Below, one piece after another: positions 48,681 to 60,685 of a stretch of 64,000 nucleotides of DNA. Every line of letters begins with the position of its first letter. Position 1 is the stretch's first letter. Source of the stretch: Octopus vulgaris. Taxonomy: Eukaryota. The notes under the pieces were generated by a model. The model ran no database searches, had not been told where the DNA came from, and saw nothing but the letters and a program-made list of their open reading frames with translations. The translations under genes and the position numbers were made by a program. Where the stretch lies: the NCBI GenBank assembly GCA_951406725.2, contig OX597825.1, forward strand, positions 35,588,001-35,652,000, written 5' to 3'.

Positions 48681-51285
48681 TGTCCTCTCATTTGAATCGC
48701 CCATAAAAATAATATATATTTTTTAAATTCGAGTTTTGCTAGCACTATACGGGTTATGAATAAATATACTGATTCGTATTTATATACATTGATTTCAATC
48801 GGTATATTTATTTTTATACATATTTCTTCGCTGGATAAATCTTCCATTCTGACAGAATTTCTGACTTCATCTAACATTTTAATCTTTTATTGTAATTCTC
48901 AACACATTTATCAAACTTTATAATAATATTAAGTTAATCCAGATACTTTGACTGATATTTTTTCTTATGTAACTCAGAAGGTTGAACGACAAAATTGACT
49001 TGGCGGGATTGGAACACAAAGAGTTGAAACTAAACACAACATGCTTTTTGTCCAATTTACCCCATTCAATCCATTTTGTAAATTCACGTGTTTAGAAGTG
49101 AACCAGCGTGTGTTATGGGGAGAACTCAGTACATGCATGCAATATAGAATGCTTAGTTCTAATTTTCATCTCATACTAACGCTGAACACTATTTTCAGCT
49201 TAGGAGATTAAATAAGGTCGAAACATGCCCAGAGTTGTCATCGTATCTACCAAAGAACAATTTAAATATATTTCCCTCACTAACTTAACAATTGCTTTTC
49301 AAATGAATAGCACATATGTATTAACCCCCAGTAATTATTTTATGTACGCTCATTGTTATGTCTGCCTGTGTACGATATTGTACATCTACTTGGTGATTCT
49401 CACATCGCTACTTTGACAAGTGCGGAGAAGTGTGTATATTTGAATGATGACGGCCAATAAAAATGAAACACTTCAAGAGTTGCCTCCCATACTTGTAAAA
49501 CTGTAGATATCATCTTTTCAATTTTAAATGGAAAAAAATCGTTCATTTTTTAGAAGTAGACTCAACTCGATCTGTCTCAAATAAACGAATGCGTCAAAAT
49601 CAACAATTATGATCGATTGAAAATAGCCACTTAAATATACCCTATTTAATTTTTCGTCAAAGTTTTCTTCAACATCAATGTTATAGGATCATGCGACCAA
49701 TAAAATTCAATATTACAATTCGCGCCAAAATGGACGGCAAGATGCCTTCATCTCTTTGGGAAGTTCTTGTTAAAAAGACATTAAATTATGTTCACCCTGA
49801 TTGGATGAAATCAGTGTAAGAGGTGTGTTCATGGAGAAGCTGTGTACATGATCCAGAACACCAATATAATGGCGTGCTGATAATAGTGAGCTACTGCTGT
49901 TACCTAATATTGATTTATTATATGATTATAAGGCCATACGTTTGTTATCGGAAGGTACGAACAATCGATGCGATTATCTTGCCGGACAAAATACTTAGCT
50001 GCATTTCTTCTGGCTTTACTTCTTCATTCAAATGCCACTGATGTCGACTTTGCATTTCATCCCTTTCGGGTCCGATGAAATATGTATCAGTCAGGTACTG
50101 GTGTCGATGTAATCGACTAGGCCTATATGCCAAAATTTCAGTCTTCGCCTCCATAACACTGTGTAACAAAATTTTTACTCGTTTTTGACTTTGGTTAGTA
50201 AGTACTTTTACCTATTTTGCGTCTATCTAGAAATCAAAGGAAATTACTACTATTCCCTTTAAACTTTGCTTTTGTGACTGGGACATATATATATATTTTT
50301 AACTGATCTATTTTTTCATTACATCCCAGATTGATTCAGCGCTGAGTTGCCAAATCAGAAATATCGTTATAGTAAATATTCTACTAAATACCACAGATTT
50401 GCTTGTCAGTTGCTTGACCTTAACCACTTGAGCATGTCTCTTAATGGCTGACAATATATGCATCTCTGATCATGAGCAGGAGTAAATGTGATGAGAAGGA
50501 TTCTTTGGAGATTGAATAAATGTAACAAAAGTAAAGTTTGAAGGAAATATTAGCCGTTTTTCATACTTTCTATGAGTAAACAAATTGTGTTACACAGTGA
50601 AATAGAAAAGATTATGACGATATTCTCCTACCTCCAAAGTACCAGTCAAGTTTTGAGTTTGATTGTATCAACTGCCACCTCTCAAAAATTGCTAGCCTTG
50701 TGCTTAAATTAAGAAAATCAAAGACGATCAAAATGGTATTTTAAACTTATAAATGAGTAAGTCGGCATTAAATACTGCAAAATTTTCTAATTTCATACTA
50801 CATTCATGGCAATGTAGTCAACAAGTTCGCTTCGCAGCTATACGATTTTGCGTTCGATCCAACAGCATTTGGGATGACCAATAACCCGTGTGTAATATTT
50901 GGTATACGGAAACTGTGTAGAAAGCTCGGTTAGAGGGGTGTTTTCGTTCTTGGGTATAGACTTAATCTGAAGCCCAGTATAACACTAGCACTAACCCCTG
51001 TTGCAAGTGTTTTGGGTCAGGTTACCTGTTTGCGAATAAATTTCCTCCCTTCGTTTCATCAGTGTCAGGAGAAAGCTATGGGCACTGCCGGTGTTACTTT
51101 AGCATGCGGTCTTTCGTGTATCAGAAGTGATTTACACAGTCATTATGTGAGATGTTTTCGTTTTGACTCATCTAGGTTTAAATACCCGAAAATCGGCTCC
51201 ACTAGCCCTTTTCGTTCCAGCGGTCACATAACCTCGTGATTAAATGAACCTATTGTTTTTATTAACCGGTTTTCAGCTTTCCAAT

Positions 51286-51739
51286 TGTGTTGGAGTAACA
51301 GTTTATTTTCTTTACGCGGGAAATTAATCACCAGCGCTGGGAGCCAACTGATCTCTATAAGAAATCAGTTTTCTACTGCGCTAGGTCTTTGGCACTCACC
51401 ACTGAGCACACGCAACTCGTTCTGACACCAGCCAGTCTCCGCTTTCACCTTCTCCACCAGACGTCTGTCTACGTCATTGCTGTATGAACATCGCACGACC
51501 AACAGACCAACGGCTGCCTCTACACACCACCAAACATTACGTCAGCTTTGTCTACCAGATCAGTCCAGCCTAACCACGAAGTTCTCTCACACATCTTTAT
51601 TGTAAGCTATTATGGTATTTTGTTTCATGTATGGCAATTATTGTATTTTATAACGGAGAATAAATCGTTGCCTACTTGCTCTGAATTGCATCAGATTATT
51701 TGTGAAGTTTATGAAAGGCTCTTTCGTTATTCCAACTCA
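51286..51739 (+). mobile_element. Possible solo LTR
   Basis: TG...CA ends with a 14-bp imperfect inverted repeat (TGTGTTGGAGTAAC / GTTATTCCAACTCA), TATAA at 51356, AATAAA at 51659. No clear TSD. Confidence 0.4.
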
Positions 51740-51827
51740 ATGTAACAGTGGCAAACCGTGTTATAGTGGCATCACCACCACCTGTTACATCCGAAATATC
51801 CATAGTCTATGCTGTGAAGGACCTGAT

Positions 51828-51942
51828 CTAGGTTAGCATTAGGAGTTAGGGTTACGATTAGGGTTTAGTGGTTAGGCTTATGCCTAAGAATTAGGGCTGG
51901 CTTAGGGTTTAGGATTAGGTTTAGAATTAGGGTTAGGATTAG
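51828..51942 (+). repeat. Degenerate (TTAGGG)n-like tract
   Basis: Many TTAGGG/TTAGGA/TTTAGG variants over about 115 bp. Confidence 0.75.
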
Positions 51943-52729
51943 ACTGCAAGCTAAAGAGTAAATGACGCGGTTGACCGTTTCCTAAAGTGGTATACCTCTA
52001 ACTAAATGGTAAAAAAAGAAGAAATTGTCATGGAAGTTAAAACCTTGGATGTTGAGACAGAAATGAGATGGAAGAATTTAATTCATCTTCTAGTTTTCCC
52101 AGAGACCTTTGTTACGCAAAGTGAAGTGAAATAACGGCAGTTTGGAATCGACACAGAGTTACTTTTAATATTAATCATTGATAAAATGGTTTCTGTTTTT
52201 CACCACATAAATATTTCTGCATAGATTTTTGATATTCACTGCATTATGTTAACACAAACTTAAACTAGAATCAATGTTTTTTTCTGCGAATAAAAGTTAA
52301 CAAATTATAAATGAATTGGAGCCTCTTTATGAAATAATTGGTTGAATTAGCTTAATATTGATTTCTTTCCACCACAAAAAAGGCCTCAAATTTTGCAGTA
52401 AGAGGGTAAATAGCTTGTTATGAAGTTAAAGTTTTTTCCCCAAGAACATAAGTGGGATGAAATTGCTTCGAACTAGATTTGAAACTGGTCTTCAATTTGG
52501 GCTCTCTGAGAAACATTCTATACCTTACAGCGATTACCTCGCTCCACCTCCCTTCTCGATTGCTTAGTCCGCCGGGGCGGACTAAGTAATAGACGCTATC
52601 TATTTCTCCTGTCTCCCAACCTCTCTAGAGAAGTGCGTGAATGCGTAAGTGGATATGTATGTGTATATATGCTTATGTATATGTAAATACGTACATACGT
52701 ACGTATGTATGCATGTGTGTGCGTGTGTA

Positions 52730-52775
<46 letters not shown>

Positions 52776-52819
52776 TATGTGTGTTTGTGTGTGTGTGCAT
52801 ATGTATGCATGTAGTGAAG

Positions 52820-53150
52820 GCTTAGTATTAGAGGTATTCGGCTTAATGTTAGGAGTACTGAGCTCACGATTGAAAGGTCATGAATTCGATTCCCGGCGGC
52901 GCGTTGTGTCCTTGAGTAAGATACTTTATTTCAGGTTACTCCAGTTCATTCAGCTGGCAAAAATGAGTAGTACCAGCATTTCAAAGTCTTGTCACGTTCT
53001 ATTTCACGCTGAATTTCCCTGGGAATTACGTTAAGGATACGCGTGTCTGGAGAGTGCTGAGCTACTTACACGTTAATTTCACGAGTAGGTTGTTCCGTTG
53101 ATCGGATCAACTGGAACTTTTGTCGTCATAAACAGCAGAGTGCCAGTTTT
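52820..53150 (+). mobile_element. tRNA-derived SINE, family C
   Basis: B-box-like GAATTCGATTCCC, GTGTCCTTGAGTAAGATACTT core. A reverse copy lies at about 3015-3240. Confidence 0.75.
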
Positions 53151-53182
53151 TTTTATGTATGTATGTATGTATGTATGTTATG

Positions 53183-53735
53183 TCAGGTCACTTTCGAGTG
53201 CTACTGGTAACATGTAACCCAGTACAACCTGTTGCATGGTCGGGTCGTCGGCGACTAAACCGGCAACCCCACCAAGCTTGCTTGGTGAGGGTGGTGTTTA
53301 TTGGACACCTGCGGGATGAAAAACAAAACCTGTCAAAGGGCGGAGGAACTCTTGAGAGTCAACGGCCATCCAATAAATGTCTTAGGGTTGTATCATGCGC
53401 GGGGACATAGAAATAATTGGACTGAATACCCGATCGCGCGGTTAAACCATTGGGAGTGAAGGACTCCTAGCCCTTGTTAGGACATCCTTCTTGGAGAAGG
53501 TAACTCAGGTAACTGGGATAACTCCGACATAAAGCCTGCGGCTCAGTGGTTACCGATGATGTTGACTTGTTCTTTTCGGATTATGGCTGCTGTTGCTTAG
53601 TGAGTGGGATTGACTCAGTGCACAACCTTTCCTCACTTTAAAAAAAATCTTGCACAGGCATTGCACGATAACAAGTTAAGCTTCGTGCAATGGCCATACT
53701 CGATAACGAAGGGGCAGCCATCATGTATGTATGTA
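53183..53735 (+). mobile_element. GC-rich, highly structured non-coding retroposon-like element ending in (TATG)n
   Basis: Many perfect hairpins, no credible ORF, bounded by TATG microsatellite. Its 5' motif recurs at 53759-53813. Confidence 0.55.
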
Positions 53736-54169
53736 TATCTATTTATGCACATGGGAACGCTACAGGTAACATGTAATCAGTACATACCTCTGCATGCACG
53801 GGACGTTGGCAACAACAACAAGCCTGCATTTCGAGGAAGGTGATTCTGGACACACTGCAGGACGAGGAACAAGAAGAACAAGAACTACCAAAAGGCGGAT
53901 AAAATGAAAAGAGTCAAAGCCCATCCAATGATGTATACATATGTGCATAAAATATGTGTATATTTCGAGGCCTGTTTGCTTTTCTTTATTGTGACGCCAG
54001 GAAGAAAGAAGTAAACTTCGTTTTGGAATCTTTGATGTTAGCGGCAACATAGCAATACAGGCAAATGTTGCATACTGTTATGCAAGCTTAGTTGTCTTGA
54101 TGTAGGGCAAACAACTGATGTGACGTAGGCAGGTACTGTGAAATACACACGCATGTACTCCGGTGTATT

Positions 54170-54257
54170 TGTATATACATACATGCATACATACATGCAT
54201 ACATACATACATACATACATACATACATACATACACACACATATATATATGTATATA

Positions 54258-54335
<78 letters not shown>

Positions 54336-54445
54336 TAGATAGATAGATATAGATATAGATATATAAATGAATACATACACTTATACACATACACCCTCAC
54401 ATGCCCACACACACACACATACACACACACACACACACACAGAAG
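54170..54445. repeat. Compound microsatellite (CATA)n/(TA)n/(GA)n/(CA)n
   Basis: Seen directly. Confidence 0.95.
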
Positions 54446-55294
54446 AAGAAGAAAGAGATAGGAGATAGAGATAGGCAAACAGGCAGTTAGATATAGCTAA
54501 TATTCGTATATACATGCATAAATATATACAAACTCACAGGAACGCACATTCATATCTACACATACATATACACACGCATATATTCATGTACATTAGTTTT
54601 GTACACACAAATGTGTGTGTGTATGAAATTGATTTCAGAATCATTTGTCAAGTCCAAAAAAAATTGATTTTGTTTTTTCAAATTTTCTATTGTGTGTTTA
54701 TGACGTTACAATACCGTTAACGTTTGTTCGGAGTTCCGATTTCTAAAAGTTTCTTTCACTTTCAGCGTTTCTAGGTGATTAGAGACTAGGGATTGTATGT
54801 GCCAAGGACTCAGCCAAATATCTAAAGACTCTTGTGAAATCAGCGTCATCTCCACCTTGATTTTAGTGTTTGTGAGGCTGTTTTGTGCGTCTTTGAGTTC
54901 GTAAACGCTCTCTGCTGGTCGGTACCATTACATAGTTACAAAGAATACGATTTTGTACTGTGATTGAATGTACTTTTAACCAGGTAATTTCAGGAAAGGA
55001 AACCTGGGTGTTTCGAACCAGAAGTATATTATTTCATTGTCGATACATTCACTCAGTATATATTATGGCACACAATTATGTCACTCTAACGAGAAAGGGA
55101 CTTCAAATAACAATAAAAATGAGGAACACGAAATAATGCTTTCAAGTTTTGGCACAAGGTCAACAATTTCAGGGGTGGGATAGGCCGATTAGATTGACCT
55201 TCTCCAGTGCTTAACTGGGATTTATTTTATCGACCCCGAAAGGCAAAGCCGACCTCTGTGGAATTTGAAATCAGAACATAAAAATGGACGAAAT

Positions 55295-55530
55295 ACCTAT
55301 TTCTTTACTACCCACAAGGAGCTAAACACAGAGAGGACAAACAAGGACAGACAAACGGATTAAGTCGATTATATCGACCCCAGTGCGTAACTGGTACTTA
55401 TTTAATCGACCCCGAAAGGATGAAAGGCAAAGTCGACCTCGGCGTTATTTGAACTCAGAACGTAAATACAGGCGAAATACCGCTAAGCATTTCGCCCGGC
55501 GTGCTAACGATTCTGCCAGCTCGCCGCCTT
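55295..55530 (-). mobile_element. tRNA-derived SINE, family B (Meta-domain-like), young copy
   Basis: Minus strand AAGGCGGCGAGCTGGCAGAATCG...GAGTTCAAAT...GCCTTTCATCCTTTCGGGGTCGAT...AAGTACC. Related copies at about 7835, 11910, 17240, 26445, 30285, 55130 (-) and 46640, 49960, 59620, 61860 (+). Confidence 0.85.
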
Positions 55531-56615
55531 ATGAACCCGAAATTATAGTTTCTCAACATACAGTCAAATGCATGTGAAGATGGTGAGTATTTTTAAAATA
55601 TTCAAATTTGTTGCTGTTAAAATGTTTTAACGTCTTTTCGAAATATTTCAATATAATTGCAGCGTGGAAGCTGTTTATAAGCCATTTAAGAAACACACAA
55701 ATACCGTTAGATTCACTTCAACATTTAAATTTAATTTGCCAAAATATTTTCGTCTCTTTGTGACCGCGAATTGTGCACTGACAAAATTCCGTGCTGCATT
55801 TCTTAAATGGCTTATAAACACCTACGTTGCAATTGCTTTCGTTCCAGCACACGATCTCAGATCAGGTCACTTGCTATGCAAGTACATCTCCATAAAATAA
55901 AACTTATTCTTATTTAAGTGTTCGATAAATTGTATATATCACTATTGTTACAAACACAAGACAAAATACACTTTGGGTTTCTAGTGTGTATGAGTTTGGG
56001 CTTATCTATATGTATGTCCTTGTATGCATGCGTTTGTGTATGTTGTGTGAATCTGACGGTCTTCTTCACTCCTATCTTTCATCGTCTTTCTGTCACGAGT
56101 ATCGTTAATAGTGGATGCGAGGGAGACGGATCGCTTCGGTCAACGCATTTATGACGGCGGCACTTTGGGGTCTGCTGTAAAGACTTGCTGGGGAGGCGGA
56201 GACGGGTAAGCGTACACACTCAAAATATGCTATTGATTCTAAATCTAAACTCTCGGGAGGTGGAGAAATCGAAAAGACGGGGTCGCTCAACCGACTTGAA
56301 ATATCAACTAAATCGATATTTAATTACACTCAACCGTCTAAAAAATTAAAAGGACAATATAATTCAATACAAAAAAAAAAAAAAAAAGGATTGTCACGGC
56401 TAAAATGTATTTCGTTATAAGACTACTGGCTCCGGGCTGACCTAAAGCTAAATAGAATAGGCATTAGTAGTAACTCAAAGAAAGAGCTGAACCCCAAATT
56501 TGCAATATGGTTCAGGGTTCAGTTCTCATGCAAGTTTCTTCTGTTATAACCCTGAGTCAACCAAATCCTTGTGAGTAGATTTGGTGGACGGAAAATGAAA
56601 GAAAATTGTTATTTA

Positions 56616-57409
56616 CGAGGTGGTACCCAAAAATAACCGGAAACGTTCTCTGTGGGACAAACCCGTTGTTGTTCAGGCTTCCTGCGCTTGAAGCCACTTG
56701 ATGCGACTGGCGTCGTCGGGTGAAGTCGGACTGCCATATGGTGCATTTTTTTTTTGCAGTGCTTCTCCCCTCTACGTCAACTTTTTGTGATAGCTGAAAC
56801 GAAGGAACAGCGTCGTGCTTCCGCGAAATTCTGTTTTTTGCTGGGGAAAACGGCGGCCGAAACGGTTGTCATGCTTCTAACAGCTCACAAGGACACTGAC
56901 CTGAGCAAAACACAAGTTTACGAGTGGTTTCCATGTTTTAGGAATGGTCACCTATTGCATGAAGACCAACCTCGGTTAGGACGACTGTCGACCTCCCGAA
57001 CGAATGACAACGTCATGAAAATTCATGAAATGATCTTGGAGGACCGTCACCGAACAATTGAGGAACTTGCTGACATGAATGGTGTGTCCTGCCAACGAAT
57101 TTTTAGTGAGGAATTGCGAATGAAAAGAGTTGCAGCAAAATCTGTACCTCGCATGCTCACGGAAGATCAAAAGCACTCACATCTGAATGCATGTCATGAA
57201 ATGAGTGAACAGTTGGAAATTGATCCGAACCTGTTTCCGAAGGTCATCACCGGTGACAAAAGCTGGTGCTACGGAATTTGCAGATGTGGATGAGGAGAAG
57301 TAAAAAACGACAGAGGCGTTAAAAGGCATCACTTCGCAAGAGTTCCAGCACTGCTTCGAATAGTGGAAAACGCGCCTAGACCAATGCATTGCTTTTGAGT
57401 AACCCCTCG
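56616..57409 (+). mobile_element. Internally deleted mariner (CGAGG ends, probably irritans/Hsmar2-like)
   Basis: TA-flanked imperfect TIRs CGAGGTGGTACCCAAAA / CGAGGGGTTACTCAAAA. ORF 56754..57293 has a mariner HTH region (KFCFLLGKTAAET, VYEWF), VPRMLT and ITGDKSWCY, then joins directly to C-terminal sequence, so the catalytic core is deleted. Confidence 0.9.
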
Positions 57410-57412
57410 TAT

Positions 57413-57499
<87 letters not shown>

Positions 57500-57639
57500 C
57501 TATAAGAGGTAATGGTGTCAATAAGACCCAAAGGTGTCAGGTAATGTTGAGTAAGTACTATGGATAGACCATAGTTAAGCTCCAGGTTCGGTGATTATGC
57601 GAATAAGGAGTGCAACATAGGTCATATATCAGCTTGTGA

Positions 57640-58030
57640 ATATATAAAAAAAAATTTTCAGAATGAGATAAAAAAAACCAAGGCTGTGAAGATTTTAGAA
57701 CATTTATAAATAGAAGGTCTTACAGCTATTTCCAGGATATCTATTATATCCCTTCATCGGAGACGGTTAAACAATAGTTAATTTCGATAAGATATGGAGT
57801 AGAGAGTGAAGTGGAGGAATGAAAATAGATGTGAGATATGCAGGGATATTAGATTTGTAGATCCATTATTTAGGCAGAATGGTATACATATAAGATTCCA
57901 GTACCTTGTGAGTAAATTCCAATAGTATTTAAAATTGGTCATTCCAAGTATAGAGTTTGTACACAGTGCTATTGAATCCAGGGTTTTATTTAGATAAAAT
58001 TTGGAATTTTTTGTGGAGGGTGAAAGTGGT
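57640..58030 (-). mobile_element. Penelope-type terminal (pLTR/3') fragment carrying a hammerhead
   Basis: Hammerhead motif followed by a pyrimidine-rich end next to a TATA run, the same layout as the 3' end of the 40576-42680 element. Boundaries approximate. Confidence 0.55.
57717..57764 (-). ncRNA. Minimal type I hammerhead ribozyme-like motif
   Basis: Minus strand gtct-CCGATGA-a-gggatat(aatag)atatcct-g-GAAA-tagctg-TA-agac: stems I and II intact, palindromic AGCT loop III, GUA cleavage triplet, U4 is C. Confidence 0.75.
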
Positions 58031-60685
58031 AACGAGAACAAAAAATATTTTTTCTATCGTCTTGGCTTAACAGCCCTCACCGTTTGTTTTTACTGTTTTG
58101 TTCTCACTGTCCTGTTCTTGTTACCACTTCCACCCTCCGCAAAAAATTCCAAATTTTATTTAATTTGCTTTGCGGGAAGGACTGTTTCAATGAAGTTGCA
58201 TCTTGTCGCATTTACTCGACCAAGACTAACATGGGGCTAAACAACAACATAAATAGATCTCCAACGGTTTCGGCGATGAGTATCGAGTTATTCGATCAGC
58301 TGGAGTTCCTATTTATTCAATAAGTATATTAGCGATTGAATATATCACAGACACGTATACTCCTAACGTAATTTCTCAAGCAGACACAGGCGACGGTGTG
58401 TGTATGAGACAGAGATAGACTTTTGAATTACAGATACAAGTAATGTGACAGGCTTCCAAATAGTTGTTGTCCACTAAGTTTCCCAAGGCTTGAGTTGTGA
58501 TAATAGACCCATGTCAAAGATACCACATAGCGGGATCGAACCTGGAACCTCAGGATTGTGAAGCGAGCTGTTTTACCATCCGGCCACGCTGCATCCATCA
58601 TGGTCGAGAAGACTTATAATTAAAGACATTCCAATTGTGGCCATATCTATTCCACCCAGTTCTTTTCTCAGGTTTATTCCCAAAGTGTCCTTACTTTTTT
58701 CAGACAAAAGGAATTAGGATTTAAGTGAGATTTGGCTATAATTTTTAGCAGCTAGAAAGGCCACGTAGAAGCTACTTTGTTGACTTAGTAAAAACAGCAA
58801 CAAGTGCTTAGTTTGGAGATGATAGAAAAACCACCTTCTGGACCATTTGTATTATATGTTATGTATTTTTCTTAAACACAAATATTGTCAAACCTAATCA
58901 AGTAGGTGACATAATGAATATTGAGTCAGATACAAGCATTTACTTGCTAAAATATCAATGCAGTGTGGGTTAGAGTAAATAATATACAGAGTTATATTTA
59001 CGTTTGGTATCACTGTGAAATTTGGCGTTATAATATGAGAATCTAACCGACTGGTTTCGCTGACTTTACAGCCATCAAAGCTCTCTTCTCCGTCCCAAAA
59101 ATACAGAGAAAATATTGTGGAAGATTACTCGCTAAAATGCAAATAAAACTGTTCCCCGTAAAACTCATTTTCAATAATGTTATAAAGACATCAAAAAATT
59201 GGTTCAGTCTTCATTCTAAGTTATCGGAAAGACCCTAGAGGGTCTAATATTACGAGATTAAATACATATGGATATAATCCCGTATTATTGTTTGACTTTT
59301 TAACCAGTTAGTGTGATGATATATCTTCAGTTACATAGTATGTTGATATATTTATGGCAGTTGAGTTCAACTCAATTTTCGATCACATTTGAATCTCGAG
59401 TTTATCATGCATGCAGACCCCATTTCAACCAGCCAGAGCTTTTTGTTTCGTGTGATTATCACCAGGACCTTCTATCAACTGGGGTTTTAAATACAGCGAC
59501 TTTTAACACGAAATGGCAAGGTGAATTCGGATTTTCATTGAATTAGGCCCCTGATGAATTCCTCTTTCGTAGTTGTTTTTACATTTTCATACTTTTTAGG
59601 AATATTTCCAGTTATTATAATTGAGCGAGCAGAATCGTTAAAGCATAGGACAAAATGCCTATTTCTGTCTTTACACCCTGAGTTCAAATGCTGTCGAGGT
59701 TGACTTTGCCTTTCATCTTTCGGGGTCGATAAAATAAGTACTAGTCACGCACTGGGTCGATGTAATAGATTTCCCCACTCATCAAATTAACCGGCCTTGT
59801 GCTAAAACAAGAAAAGACTATTATTATTATTTGATGAAAACTATCAGTTTATTTTGCTGGGTATGATGGAAAGTGTCAGCTGTCCACAACCAGCAGACTA
59901 AAGTGACGCTTGTATACTGGTCATGCTTCAAGAACCCTGCGAAGTATTCTTGCAGTTCCAAGTAATACTGATTTTTGTAGGTTTTTCTACCATTACATTT
60001 GTACCAATCTTTTTGAGCCATGTTGGTAGCTGAGGGCTGATCAGTGGCGGCTTGTGTATAGGCACTGCGTAATTGCAGCACTCCCCCACCCATTTCTACT
60101 CGATATTATCGATAACATTCAATATAATGGATCCTTTTTGAAAAATAAATTCTTTCTTTATACTTGTACATTACATAATCCTTAAGCGTAATGTCAGTAG
60201 CCATCCCCTAGTTTATGAAAAAAAATACAAAAATTCTTGTATAGAAATCTGCGCTTCACAGTGTTTGGTTGTTGTACGCATGCTCACATGTGTTTGGCTG
60301 TTTTCGCGGTGTTTGGCTGTTGTGTGCATGCTCACATGTCCGAGATAGGAAGTTTCACGCTAGGGAGACAGAGCTTTGTCGTTCACGCAGTACCGGTGAA
60401 AGGCAGTGTTTTTTTAAGACTCTGCGTGTGTTGTGCTTAAAAATGTGTTTCAGGATTTGAAAAATAGGGCAGATCCCGCACCCCGCTTATTTTGCAATTT
60501 AGGGGGAATTTTTGAAAAACAAGGGTGTATTCGCGTCGGTGTTCAGTAGACACTACCCGGCAGTCACTAAAACGTGAACCGACCAAGTTTATGCATAAAC
60601 ATTCTTTTTATATGTTTGTGTCCTTTTACACAATATTAAAACAACGGCTAAAAATGTTCTGAAGCAGCACCCGCACTAATTTTAT

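Noticed and set aside
53200-53260. Assignment of the pseudoknot motif to twister, pistol or HDV ribozymes
   Set aside because: Lacks the twister P4 loop consensus, has no room for pistol P2, and has no HDV P3/L3 hairpin between the pseudoknot strands.
59547-59570. CTGATGA motifs here and on the minus strand near 51060 as hammerheads
   Set aside because: No stem II followed by GAAA in the required arrangement.
59827-60093. 88-aa minus-strand ORF with ordinary composition
   Set aside because: No recognisable motif and no convincing splice or promoter context.
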